Virus record (IMG/VR): IMGVR_UViG_3300027861_000078
Location: 1-38,287 of that record
Origin: a virus
Taxonomy: Duplodnaviria > Caudoviricetes
Direction: 5' to 3' (one strand)
Length of the DNA stretch: 38,287 nt
The notes under the pieces were generated by a model. It was not told where the DNA came from, did not search any database, and saw nothing but the letters and a program-made list of their open reading frames with translations. Position 1 is the first letter of the stretch; every line of letters begins with the position of its first letter. This document shows positions 7,122 through 16,326 of this stretch, one piece after another. The position numbers and the translations under genes were made by a program.

Positions 7122-9333
7122 GTACGAGCAAAACTTAGTTAAGACAGTTGAGCCGATAAAAAGAACCACTATCTCTAGAATGAATAAGGGTAAGAAGTGG
7201 AAGTATGGCTACGATAAAGATCATGATGTTATAGTGCTCTCTCGCACTGGTCAGATAGGAGAGATTATAGAAATACAGGGTTTAGTCATAGCTCTACCTA
7301 AGGTGCCTAAGGATGTGTATAGCAACACGAAACAAAAATGGGTTAGATTTGCTCAGCCGAAGGAATTAGAGCGCTTAAAGAACATCTTTGATTGGCGTGC
7401 GTATCCGGAGGATCAAAAAGAACAATGGTACGATTACATAGACGAAGAGTTCAGAAGAAGAGAAGAGGGATTTTGGTTTAACAACAATGGAAAACCAACG
7501 TGGATGCCAGGTACTCAGTACATGTATTTACAGTGGAGTAAGATTGATGTTGGAGCACCAGACTTCAGAGAAGCAAATAGGTTGTTCTTTATATTCTGGG
7601 AGGCTTGTAAGGCAGACAAAAGATGTTATGGAATGTGCTACCTTAAGAATAGACGTTCTGGATTTTCTTTCATGTCATCAGCTGAAACCGTTAATTTAGC
7701 CACTCTTGCAGGTGATAGTAGATTTGGGGTGTTATCTAAAACAGGTGCAGATGCTAAGAAGATGTTTACCGATAAAATCGTACCGATTAGTATAAATTAT
7801 CCATTCTTCTTCAAACCGATACAAGATGGTATGGATCGTCCGAAAACAGAGCTCGCTTACAGAGTTCCATCCACAAGGTTTACCAGAAAGAAAATAACAG
7901 CAAACGAAAAGATAGAGGACTTAGAAGGGTTGGATACAACGATTGACTGGAAAAACACTGGAGACAATAGTTATGATGGTGAAAAATTAGCCTTGCTAGT
8001 ACACGATGAGGCTGGTAAATGGGAGAGACCTGAGAATATACTTAATAACTGGAGAGTTACAAAAACTTGTTTAAGATTAGGATCTAGAATCATCGGTAAG
8101 TGTATGATGGGATCGACATCAAACGCTTTAGATAAAGGAGGTGAGAACTTTAAAAAATTATACAATGCTTCAGATGTTACAAAAAGAAACAGAAATGGTC
8201 AAACAAAGTCTGGCTTATACTCTTTGTTTATCCCAATGGAATGGAACTACGAAGGCTTTATTGATGAGTACGGAATTCCAGTATTCACTACTCCTGATGT
8301 CGATAGGTTCGACCCAAGTGGTGAATTAATAGATGTAGGTGTAATAGATAACTGGCAAAACGAAGTAGATGGTTTAAAAGATGATCAAGATGGTTTGAAC
8401 GAATTTTACCGTCAGTTCCCAAGAACTACAGAGCACGCTTTTAGAGACGAGACTAAAGGTAGTATATTCAACTTGGTCAAGCTATACGAGCAGATAGATT
8501 ACAATGAAGAGATGGTAAACACTCTAGGCGTTACTCAAGGTAACTTTCAGTGGACAAACGGAATTAAAGACACTCAAGTAACTTTTAACCCAGATCCAAA
8601 GGGTAGGTTTAAAATAAGTTGGGTTCCACCTTCTAATATACAAAACAAGGTGGTACTTAAAAATGGTGTTAAGTACCCGGGTAACGAGCACATGGGTTCA
8701 TTTGGTTGTGATAGTTATGATATATCAGGTACGGTGGATGGAGTTGGATCTAAAGGAGCTTTACACGGTCTAACTAAATTTTCAATGGAAGATGCTCCAG
8801 CTAATAGTTTCTTTTTAGAATACCTATCAAGACCACCAACGGCCGAGATGTTCTTTGAGGACGTTCTAATGGCTTTAGTATTTTACGGGATGCCTATACT
8901 CGCGGAGAACAATAAACCTCGTCTCTTGTACTACCTGAGGCGTAGAGGGTATAGAGGGTTTAGTATGAATAGACCTGATAAAGTTTGGAACAAACTATCT
9001 GTTGCAGAAAAAGAGGTTGGTGGAATACCGAATTCCTCGGAAGACATTAAACAAGCTCATGCAGCAGCAATCGAGATGTACATCCAAGATCACGTAGGCG
9101 TTAAGAAAGATGGGAGTCACGGGGACTGTTATTTTAACGAGCTATTAAATGACTGGTGTAAGTTTGATATAAACAAAAGAACAAAGCATGATGCGTCGAT
9201 AAGTTCTGGTTTAGCTATCATGGCTAACAATAGACACCTATATAGATCAAACGCTGATGTTCAAAAACCAAAGTTAAATATAAACATTTCCAGATATAAA
9301 AACACTGGAAGTAATTCACAAATAATCAAGTAA
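7120..9333 (+). CDS. terL: Terminase large subunit
   Basis: 737 aa. Walker A-like LKNRRSGFS, Walker B LLVHDEAGK, coupling motif MMGST, and RNase H-like nuclease FGCDSYD ... KHDASISSG. Immediately upstream of the portal. Confidence 0.9.
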   Translation: MYEQNLVKTVEPIKRTTISRMNKGKKWKYGYDKDHDVIVLSRTGQIGEIIEIQGLVIALPKVPKDVYSNTKQKWVRFAQPKELERLKNIFDWRAYPEDQKEQWYDYIDEEFRRREEGFWFNNNGKPTWMPGTQYMYLQWSKIDVGAPDFREANRLFFIFWEACKADKRCYGMCYLKNRRSGFSFMSSAETVNLATLAGDSRFGVLSKTGADAKKMFTDKIVPISINYPFFFKPIQDGMDRPKTELAYRVPSTRFTRKKITANEKIEDLEGLDTTIDWKNTGDNSYDGEKLALLVHDEAGKWERPENILNNWRVTKTCLRLGSRIIGKCMMGSTSNALDKGGENFKKLYNASDVTKRNRNGQTKSGLYSLFIPMEWNYEGFIDEYGIPVFTTPDVDRFDPSGELIDVGVIDNWQNEVDGLKDDQDGLNEFYRQFPRTTEHAFRDETKGSIFNLVKLYEQIDYNEEMVNTLGVTQGNFQWTNGIKDTQVTFNPDPKGRFKISWVPPSNIQNKVVLKNGVKYPGNEHMGSFGCDSYDISGTVDGVGSKGALHGLTKFSMEDAPANSFFLEYLSRPPTAEMFFEDVLMALVFYGMPILAENNKPRLLYYLRRRGYRGFSMNRPDKVWNKLSVAEKEVGGIPNSSEDIKQAHAAAIEMYIQDHVGVKKDGSHGDCYFNELLNDWCKFDINKRTKHDASISSGLAIMANNRHLYRSNADVQKPKLNINISRYKNTGSNSQIIK

Positions 9334-9338
9334 TAAAT

Positions 9339-11759
9339 ATGGCAGAGTCTGGCATTAAAAGTTATTTCCCAAGTCAAACGGTTAGTGATGCTGAAAAGCT
9401 GAGCTATGAGTACGGGTTAAAGATAGGTAAGGCTATAGAGCAAGAGTGGTTTAACCACGATAGAGGCTCTAATAGATATAGAACTAATCAAAACGATTTT
9501 CATAACTTAAGGCTGTACGCTCGAGGCGAGCAGTCTATTCAAAAGTATAAGGATGAGTTATCGATCAACGGTGATTTGTCCTATCTTAATTTAGATTGGA
9601 AGCCTGTTCCCATTATATCTAAGTTTGTTGATATAGTTGTAAATGGTATTGCTGAAAGAACTTATGATATAAAGGCTTACTCACAAGATCCGTTTGGTGT
9701 AGCTAGGAGGACTGAGTATATGGAATCAGTGCTAGCGGATATGAGAGCCCAAGAGTTCAACGACTTTGCAATGAAAGCTTTTGACGTAAATCTCTACGAA
9801 AACGATAAAGATTCTTTACCAGAAACCGAAGAAGAGCTAAAATTACATATGCAGCTTACTTATAAGCAAACTATAGAGTTAGCAGAAGAACAAGCTTTAA
9901 ACGTTTTAATGGAAGGTAATAATTACGAGTTGATTAAAAAGCGTTTTTATTATGACTTAACCGTGCTTGGCATTGGAGCTGTTAAAACTAGCTTTAACAC
10001 GTCAGAAGGCGTTGTGATTGACTACGTAGATCCAGCTAACCTTGTTTATTCGTACACAGACTCTCCATACTTTGAAGACATATATTACGTGGGTGAGGTT
10101 AAAACAATACCTGTAAACGAGTTAGCTAAAGAGTTTCCGCATTTATCAGAAAGCGACCTTGAAGACATAATGAAGAATAAGTCTAGCAGTAGAGCTAACT
10201 ACAATTCAAAGCACAATTACGATAAAGAGGACAATAACAGTATTCAGGTTCTTTATTTTAATTACAAGACCTATATGAATGAGGTTTATAAAATGAAAGA
10301 AACTGCTAGTGGTGCTGACAAAATTATACCTAAAGACGATAATTTTAACCCACCTGAAGATAAAGAAGGTGGATACGGTAAAATGATAAGATCGATAGAG
10401 TGCCTTTACGAAGGAGCTATGATTCTTGGTACTGAAAAACTACTTAAGTGGGAGATGGCCAAGAACATGATGAGGGAGAAGAGTGATTTTACTAAAGTAA
10501 AAATGAATTATTCTATAGTAGCTCCTAGAATGTACAATGGAAAAATAGACTCTTTGGTTAAGAGAATAACTGGCTTTGCCGATATGATTCAACTTACACA
10601 CCTTAAGCTTCAACAAGTAATGTCTAGGTTAGTTCCAGATGGTATCTACTTAGATGCGGATGGTTTAGCTGAAATAGATTTAGGTAACGGAACAAACTAC
10701 AACCCACAAGAAGCGTTAAACATGTATTTCCAAACTGGATCTGTTATAGGGAGAAGCTTTACTTCTGATGGCGATATGAACCCAGGTAAAATACCTATTC
10801 AAGAAATACAATCTGGAAGTGGTGGTAACAAGATGCAAAGCTTAATACAAACATACAACTATTATCTACAGATGATAAGAGATGTAACCGGCCTTAATGA
10901 AGCTAGAGATGGTAGTATGCCAGATAAAAACGCTTTAGTTGGTATTCAAAAAATGGCGGCTGCAAATTCAAATACAGCTACTAGACACATACTACAAGCT
11001 GGGTTATTTCTAACAGCAGAAACGGCTGAGTGCTTGTCGTTGAGAATTTCCGATATTATAGAGTATTCACCAACAAAAGATGCTTTTATACATCAGATAG
11101 GAGTTCACAACGTTGCTGCGTTAGAGGAGATATCAGAGTTACATCTTTATGACTTTGGTATATTTATCGACTTAATGCCAGATGATGAAGAAAAAGCTAT
11201 TCTTGAAAACAACATTCAAATGGCAATACAACAACAAAGTATAGACTTAGAGGATGCTATTGATCTTAGAGACATAAAGAACGTAAAGCTTGCAAACCAA
11301 CTTCTAAAAATACGTAGAAAAAAGAAGATGGACAAAGACCAAGCTCTTCAAGAAAAGAATATGCAGATGCAAAGTCAAATGAACCAACAAGCAGCTCAAG
11401 CCGCGGCTCAAAGCGAGGTGCAAAAGAATCAAGCACTAACAGCTAGTCAAGGACAATTAGAACAGTTGAAAGCACAATTAGCTTCTCAGAAAATGGAGCA
11501 AGAGGTTGAGCACAAAAAACAGTTAATGCAGTTGGAGTTCCAAATGAACATGCAGTTGAAAGGAATGGAGGTTGAGGGCAAGAAAACAGGCGAGAAAGAA
11601 AAAGAAGATCGTAAAGACGAAAGAACAAAAATTCAAGCGACTCAACAAAGTGAGTTGATTGACCAAAGAAATAGTGGTAAACCACCTAAAAACTTTGAGT
11701 CCGCAGGTAATGATATATTAGGCGGAGGATTTGACTTAGGCGTGTTTGACCCTAGATAA
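9339..11759 (+). CDS. Portal protein
   Basis: 806 aa, follows TerL. PVPIISKFVDIVVNG and IRDVTGLNEARDG segments, plus a long Gln-rich C-terminal coiled coil (barrel) typical of podovirus portals. Confidence 0.85.
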   Translation: MAESGIKSYFPSQTVSDAEKLSYEYGLKIGKAIEQEWFNHDRGSNRYRTNQNDFHNLRLYARGEQSIQKYKDELSINGDLSYLNLDWKPVPIISKFVDIVVNGIAERTYDIKAYSQDPFGVARRTEYMESVLADMRAQEFNDFAMKAFDVNLYENDKDSLPETEEELKLHMQLTYKQTIELAEEQALNVLMEGNNYELIKKRFYYDLTVLGIGAVKTSFNTSEGVVIDYVDPANLVYSYTDSPYFEDIYYVGEVKTIPVNELAKEFPHLSESDLEDIMKNKSSSRANYNSKHNYDKEDNNSIQVLYFNYKTYMNEVYKMKETASGADKIIPKDDNFNPPEDKEGGYGKMIRSIECLYEGAMILGTEKLLKWEMAKNMMREKSDFTKVKMNYSIVAPRMYNGKIDSLVKRITGFADMIQLTHLKLQQVMSRLVPDGIYLDADGLAEIDLGNGTNYNPQEALNMYFQTGSVIGRSFTSDGDMNPGKIPIQEIQSGSGGNKMQSLIQTYNYYLQMIRDVTGLNEARDGSMPDKNALVGIQKMAAANSNTATRHILQAGLFLTAETAECLSLRISDIIEYSPTKDAFIHQIGVHNVAALEEISELHLYDFGIFIDLMPDDEEKAILENNIQMAIQQQSIDLEDAIDLRDIKNVKLANQLLKIRRKKKMDKDQALQEKNMQMQSQMNQQAAQAAAQSEVQKNQALTASQGQLEQLKAQLASQKMEQEVEHKKQLMQLEFQMNMQLKGMEVEGKKTGEKEKEDRKDERTKIQATQQSELIDQRNSGKPPKNFESAGNDILGGGFDLGVFDPR

Positions 11760-11770
11760 GTTATTAACTA

Positions 11771-11785
11771 TTATTATATTATATT
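11771..11785 (+). repeat. TTATT(ATATT)x2 pentamer run abutting the scaffold start codon
   Basis: ttattatattatatt lies directly before the ATG at 11786. Confidence 0.75.
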
Positions 11786-12976
11786 ATGGCAGAAAAAGAA
11801 GAAGAAGTAGTGGAGAAAACTACAAACGAACCTAAGGGTGACGTTACAAAAGTAAAAGCAAGTATGAAAAAACCAGGGGAAGTTATCGAACAGACAATCA
11901 CGAAAGTCGACTTGAGCAACCCACCAAAACCAAAGGAAGATGAAGTTGAAGAAAATAACGCTGACGACAGCGGAGTGGTTGCAAGCGTTGAAAATGCCGA
12001 CGCCCCACAAGAACAAGAAGAAGTACAACCGGAAGCTGAAACACAAGAAGCTACAACGTTAGAAGAGGTAACCGAAGAGGTTGAAAAGGTTGAAGAGCAA
12101 GTTGAAGAAGCTGTAGCGCAAGCTGAGGCTACTGGAAAAGCTTTACCAGAGAACATACAGAAGCTAGTTGATTTTATGGAGGAGACTGGTGGTGACGTTA
12201 GCGACTACGTAAAGCTTAATCAAGATTATAGTAAGCTAGACGATTCAGACTTGTTGCACGAGTTCTACAAACAAACAAAACCGCATTTAAACCAAGAAGA
12301 AATTAACTTCCTAATGGAAGATACATTCTCATTCGACGAAGACGTAGATGACGAAAGAGATATACGTAGAAAGAAATTAGCGCTTAAAGAGCAAGTTGCC
12401 AGCGCTAAAAGCCACCTAGACGGGCAAAAGTCTAAATACTATGAAGAAATTAAAGCTGGATCAAAACTCACAACTGAGCAACAAAAAGCAATTAACTTCT
12501 TTGATAGATACAACAAGGAGTCAGAAGAGATTTCAAAAAGCAGTGAAAAAAATCGTAATAACTTCACAATGAAAACGAACAATGTTTTCAACGACAAATT
12601 CAAAGGTTTTGAATATAACGTCGGTGATAAAAATTATAGATTTAATATTAAGGATACAGATAAAGTTAAATCTGAACAAAGTGATATAAATCAATTCATG
12701 ACAAAGTTTGTTAATGAAGATTCCACTTTAAAAGATGCAAACGGATATCACAAGGCTTTATTTACAGCCAGTAACCCTGATGCTATTGCAAAACACTTTT
12801 ACGAACAAGGAAAAGCAGATGCTATGAAAGACAGCGTTTCTAAAGCCAAAAACGTTGATATGAACCCAAGACAAGCTCATGGGAAAATTGAAGCCGGTGG
12901 CATGACTGTAAAAGTATTAGGACAAGATTCTTCTGATTTTAAGTTTAAAATTAAAAACAATAAATTTAAAAATTAA
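11786..12976 (+). CDS. Capsid scaffolding/assembly protein
   Basis: 396 aa. Very acidic low-complexity N-terminus, helical core and basic C-terminal tail. Located between portal and MCP. Confidence 0.7.
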   Translation: MAEKEEEVVEKTTNEPKGDVTKVKASMKKPGEVIEQTITKVDLSNPPKPKEDEVEENNADDSGVVASVENADAPQEQEEVQPEAETQEATTLEEVTEEVEKVEEQVEEAVAQAEATGKALPENIQKLVDFMEETGGDVSDYVKLNQDYSKLDDSDLLHEFYKQTKPHLNQEEINFLMEDTFSFDEDVDDERDIRRKKLALKEQVASAKSHLDGQKSKYYEEIKAGSKLTTEQQKAINFFDRYNKESEEISKSSEKNRNNFTMKTNNVFNDKFKGFEYNVGDKNYRFNIKDTDKVKSEQSDINQFMTKFVNEDSTLKDANGYHKALFTASNPDAIAKHFYEQGKADAMKDSVSKAKNVDMNPRQAHGKIEAGGMTVKVLGQDSSDFKFKIKNNKFKN

Positions 12977-12987
12977 AAAACAAAATT

Positions 12988-14481
12988 ATGGCAGTTACAT
13001 TTAATGGTACTCCAACACCTGCTCCAAGTCAGCAGGCGTTGAATACAAATTATCTAGATTTTACGGGCACTGCGGACACAACGTGGGCTCAACAATATTT
13101 ACCAGATCTTATGGAGAAAGAAGCTGAAGTTTTCGGACCGAGAACTATATCAGGATTTCTTTCACAAGTAGGAGCTGAAGAGGCAATGTCGGCTGATCAA
13201 GTCGTATGGTCTGAACAAGGAAGATTACATCTTTCATACACAGGGCAGGTAACAAGCGCTACGGGTGGTTCTGTACCTTCAGGAGTTTCTGAAATTACTT
13301 TACAAAAAGAAATTGATGGCTTAGCTGTTTCTGGAGCTGGACACGCGGTTAGAGTGCATGATACAGTTATTGTATCTAACTCAAACGGTGTTTTCAAGTG
13401 TTTAGTTACTGAAGTGGCTGATGCTGTGATTAACGTGGCTTGTTATACTGCTACAGCTTTAGCTGCAACAAGTGCTACTAACGACACGACTATATTAGTT
13501 TATGGTTCTGAATATGCAAAAGGTAAATCTTACACTAACGAAGCTGGCGATGCTGCTTCTGATTCTCATAAGGCTAACGAGCCATCAATGAAGACTTACA
13601 CTAACAAACCAATTATCTTAAAAGATTACTACGAGGTATCAGGTTCTGATACAGCTAGAATTGGTTGGGTTGAAGTTACTGGAGAGATGGGTCAAAGCGG
13701 TTACTTGTGGTATTTAAAAGCTGAAGCTGATACAAGAGCTCGTTTTAACGACTACTTAGAAATGGCAATGTTAGAGGGTGAGATTTCTGCTGCTGATGGT
13801 TCTGCAACTCATACAGATTTATTTTTCGGTATGTATGGTGCAGATGGTAACCAAACAGGTACTCAAGGTTTATTCGCTGCTATTGAAGCAAGAGGTAATG
13901 AAACTTCAGGTATCACTGGTGTTAACGCTGCAACTGATTTAGCTGAGTTTGATGCTATTTTAGCAGAATTTGACTCTCAAGGTGCTATTGAAGAGAACAT
14001 GATGTTTGTAAACAGAGCTACTTCGTTAGCAATGGATGACATGTTAGCTTCTATGAATTCTTACGGAGCTGGTGGTACTTCTTACGGAGTATTTGACAAT
14101 TCTGAAGATATGGCTTTAAACCTAGGTTTCTCTGGTTTCAGAAGAGGTTCTTATGACTTCTACAAGTCTGACTTTAGATACTTGAATGACAAAGCAACAA
14201 GAGGTGGTATTAACGCTGCAGCTGGATCTAACGCTATCAGAGGGGTAATTATCCCAGCTGGAACTTCTACTGTTTATGACCAACAATTAGGAAAGAATCT
14301 TAAGAGACCTTTCTTACACGTTCGTTACAGAGCTTCACAAACTGATAACAGAAGAATGAAAACATGGACTACTGGTTCTGTTGGAGCTGCTACATCTGCT
14401 TTAGATGCAATGCAAATCCACATGTTATCAGAAAGATGTTTGATTACACAGGGTGCTAACAATTTCATGTTAATGAAATAA
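12988..14481 (+). CDS. Major capsid protein
   Basis: 497 aa, follows the scaffold and precedes a strong terminator. Strongly biased codons (gct/ggt/tct/act) suggest high expression. Segments VVWSEQGRLH, EMAMLEGE and GTQGLFAAIEARGN are consistent with HK97-fold capsids of Bacteroidota podophages. Confidence 0.85.
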   Translation: MAVTFNGTPTPAPSQQALNTNYLDFTGTADTTWAQQYLPDLMEKEAEVFGPRTISGFLSQVGAEEAMSADQVVWSEQGRLHLSYTGQVTSATGGSVPSGVSEITLQKEIDGLAVSGAGHAVRVHDTVIVSNSNGVFKCLVTEVADAVINVACYTATALAATSATNDTTILVYGSEYAKGKSYTNEAGDAASDSHKANEPSMKTYTNKPIILKDYYEVSGSDTARIGWVEVTGEMGQSGYLWYLKAEADTRARFNDYLEMAMLEGEISAADGSATHTDLFFGMYGADGNQTGTQGLFAAIEARGNETSGITGVNAATDLAEFDAILAEFDSQGAIEENMMFVNRATSLAMDDMLASMNSYGAGGTSYGVFDNSEDMALNLGFSGFRRGSYDFYKSDFRYLNDKATRGGINAAAGSNAIRGVIIPAGTSTVYDQQLGKNLKRPFLHVRYRASQTDNRRMKTWTTGSVGAATSALDAMQIHMLSERCLITQGANNFMLMK

Positions 14482-14495
14482 GCATTATTTATATT

Positions 14496-14530
14496 AAAGA
14501 CCGGGGCTTCGGCCTCGGCCTTTTATTTTT
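14496..14530 (+). terminator. Rho-independent terminator after MCP
   Basis: Stem CCGGGGC/GCCTCGG with a C(UUCG)G tetraloop, followed by CCTTTTATTTTT. Confidence 0.85.
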
Positions 14531-14538
14531 ATTAATTT

Positions 14539-14553
14539 ATATTATATTATATT
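14539..14553 (+). repeat. (ATATT)x3 pentamer abutting a start codon
   Basis: atattatattatatt lies directly before the ATG at 14554. Confidence 0.85.
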
Positions 14554-15426
14554 ATGGCAAAAAAACAAAAAACAAAAAAGGTTGTAGAACCTTTAATAGA
14601 AAAAGACTTCGAAGAAGTTGAAACAATGGAAGAAACAGTTACAGAATTTTTTGAAGAACCTGTAGTTGAAGAACCAAAAGCAAGAAAAAGACTAAAACCC
14701 ACTAACGAGTGGGAAATAAAAGATAGGATTTACTATTTAAAAAGTGGTAGAAAACCTTTGTCTAAATCAATTAAAGCTGCTGGCATTTACTTTTTTGACG
14801 AAGAAAAAGGCTATGAAAGAGAGCTTAAGTACTGTCAAAACCAAAAAACATCTTTTGTTGATGAAATGGTGGGTGATCAAAGACTAGAGCATATTATATT
14901 TAGATCTGGATCTCTATTTGTGCCTAGAGAGCAGACTGTTTTGCAAAAGTTATTATCTTTATATCATCCAGATAGAAACAAGACATATGAAGAACATAAA
15001 CCAGCAGCGCAAGCAGCTGATGAAATAGAAGTCTTAGACATGCAGGTTGACGCGTTAATTGCGGCTAGAAATATTGACATAGATATGGCTGAAGCTATTA
15101 TGCGTGTAGAAAAAGGTTCTGAGGTATCTAACTTGAGTTCTAAGGAACTTAAAAGAGATTTGTTAGTATTTGCAAAGAATAATCCTAAACTCTTCTTAGA
15201 GTTAGCGGATGACGAGAATGTAATGCTAAGAAACTTTGGTATTAAAGCTGTTGAAGCTGGTATACTAAGATTGTCTACTGATCAAAGAAACTTTATGTGG
15301 GGGGCAAATGGAAGGAAACTAATGGTTATACCATTTGACGAGCATCCTTACACTGCTTTAGCACACTGGTTTAAAACAGACGAAGGAATGGAGATCTACT
15401 CCAATATTGAAAAAAGATTAAATTAA
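14554..15426 (+). CDS. Phage protein downstream of MCP (probable structural/head-associated)
   Basis: 290 aa. Charged disordered N-terminus followed by a globular domain. Positional inference only. Confidence 0.6.
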   Translation: MAKKQKTKKVVEPLIEKDFEEVETMEETVTEFFEEPVVEEPKARKRLKPTNEWEIKDRIYYLKSGRKPLSKSIKAAGIYFFDEEKGYERELKYCQNQKTSFVDEMVGDQRLEHIIFRSGSLFVPREQTVLQKLLSLYHPDRNKTYEEHKPAAQAADEIEVLDMQVDALIAARNIDIDMAEAIMRVEKGSEVSNLSSKELKRDLLVFAKNNPKLFLELADDENVMLRNFGIKAVEAGILRLSTDQRNFMWGANGRKLMVIPFDEHPYTALAHWFKTDEGMEIYSNIEKRLN

Positions 15427-15432
15427 TCTAAC

Positions 15433-15471
15433 TGTAGATGCAGTCGCTCTACGGGGCGATTGCAAACTACA
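15433..15471 (+). promoter_or_regulatory. Stable intergenic RNA hairpin with C(UACG)G tetraloop, no U-tract
   Basis: TGTAG-A-TGCAGTCGCTC-TACG-GGGCGATTGCA-AA-CTACA: an 11-bp inner stem (2 G-U pairs) plus a 5-bp outer stem. Confidence 0.65.
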
Positions 15472-15482
15472 AATTATATTAT

Positions 15483-15647
15483 ATGGAAAAAAATAAATCA
15501 AAAGGATTCGGCGACACTGTCGCTAAAATAACAAAAGCAACTGGAATTAAAAAAGTAGTAGACAAGGTTAGCAAGGTTGTAGGCAAAGACTGTGGTTGTG
15601 CTAAGCGTCAAGATACTTTAAACAGGTTGTTTCCTTATAATAACTAA
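15483..15647 (+). CDS. Small basic protein with CGC motif (54 aa)
   Basis: MEKNKSKGFGDTVAKITKATGIKKVV..KDCGCAKRQDTLNRLFPYNN. ATG 15483 follows an AT-rich leader, whereas the track's ATG at 15438 is buried in the hairpin. Confidence 0.65.
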   Translation: MEKNKSKGFGDTVAKITKATGIKKVVDKVSKVVGKDCGCAKRQDTLNRLFPYNN

Positions 15648-15656
15648 AAAGAAATT

Positions 15657-16322
15657 ATGATACTTATAGATACTGTATATCAAAAAGTTTTAACGTTTGC
15701 AAGCAAAGAGCAAAGGGGTTATATAACGCCGCAGCAATTTAATCTATTTGCTGACATGGCTCAAAAGGAAATATTTGAACAGTATTTTTACGATCTAAAT
15801 CAATTAGCTAGAGTGCCAGGTAGATCTGAAGAGTACAGTGATATCGTTCACAACGTAAACGAAAAAATAGCTATATTTGAATCTGAAGCGACTGGATCGC
15901 CTTTATCACTAGCTGACGATCTGTACAGATTAGGTACTGTAAAGAGCAATGGTAGCGAGGTTGAGGAAGTGCAGCAAAACGAACTACTGTATATGAATAA
16001 TTCTAAGTTAACAGTGCCAAAGCAAGATAGAAAGGTATACGTTAGAACTGGAGATAAATCTATAGATATAACACCATCTACAGCTAGTGTTACCTACACA
16101 TATGTACGCGTACCGTCAAAACCAAGTTGGGGATACGTTGTTGTTAACGAAAGAGCCATGTACGACTCTTCTACAACAGATAATTTCGATCTCCACCAAG
16201 CCGAAGAATCAGAGCTTGTATATAGAATACTAGCGTTTGCTGGGATATCCATGAGAAAACCAGATTTAACTCAAGCGGCGGTTGGTATGGAGACAGCTAA
16301 AGTTCAACAAGAAAAACAATAA
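15657..16322 (+). CDS. Head-tail adaptor/ring protein (tail tubular A-like)
   Basis: 221 aa. N-terminal helices (VYQKVL..KEQRGYITPQQFN), a beta core ending TYTYVRVP, and a C-terminal helix. Position after the head genes. Confidence 0.6.
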   Translation: MILIDTVYQKVLTFASKEQRGYITPQQFNLFADMAQKEIFEQYFYDLNQLARVPGRSEEYSDIVHNVNEKIAIFESEATGSPLSLADDLYRLGTVKSNGSEVEEVQQNELLYMNNSKLTVPKQDRKVYVRTGDKSIDITPSTASVTYTYVRVPSKPSWGYVVVNERAMYDSSTTDNFDLHQAEESELVYRILAFAGISMRKPDLTQAAVGMETAKVQQEKQ

Positions 16323-16326
16323 ATAA

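Noticed and set aside
11443-12156. Minus-strand ORFs over the portal end and scaffold start
   Set aside because: Antisense shadows of Glu/Gln/Lys-rich low-complexity coding sequence.
7120-14481. Inteins/introns or stop-codon reassignment in the core head genes, as seen in some crAss-like phages
   Set aside because: TerL, portal and MCP are uninterrupted and of ordinary length under the standard code. TAG and TGA both appear as apparent true stops (17634, 6102).
15438-15482. Track start for the small CGC protein
   Set aside because: This ATG is sequestered in the hairpin. ATG 15483 has the AT-pentamer leader seen at other genes.
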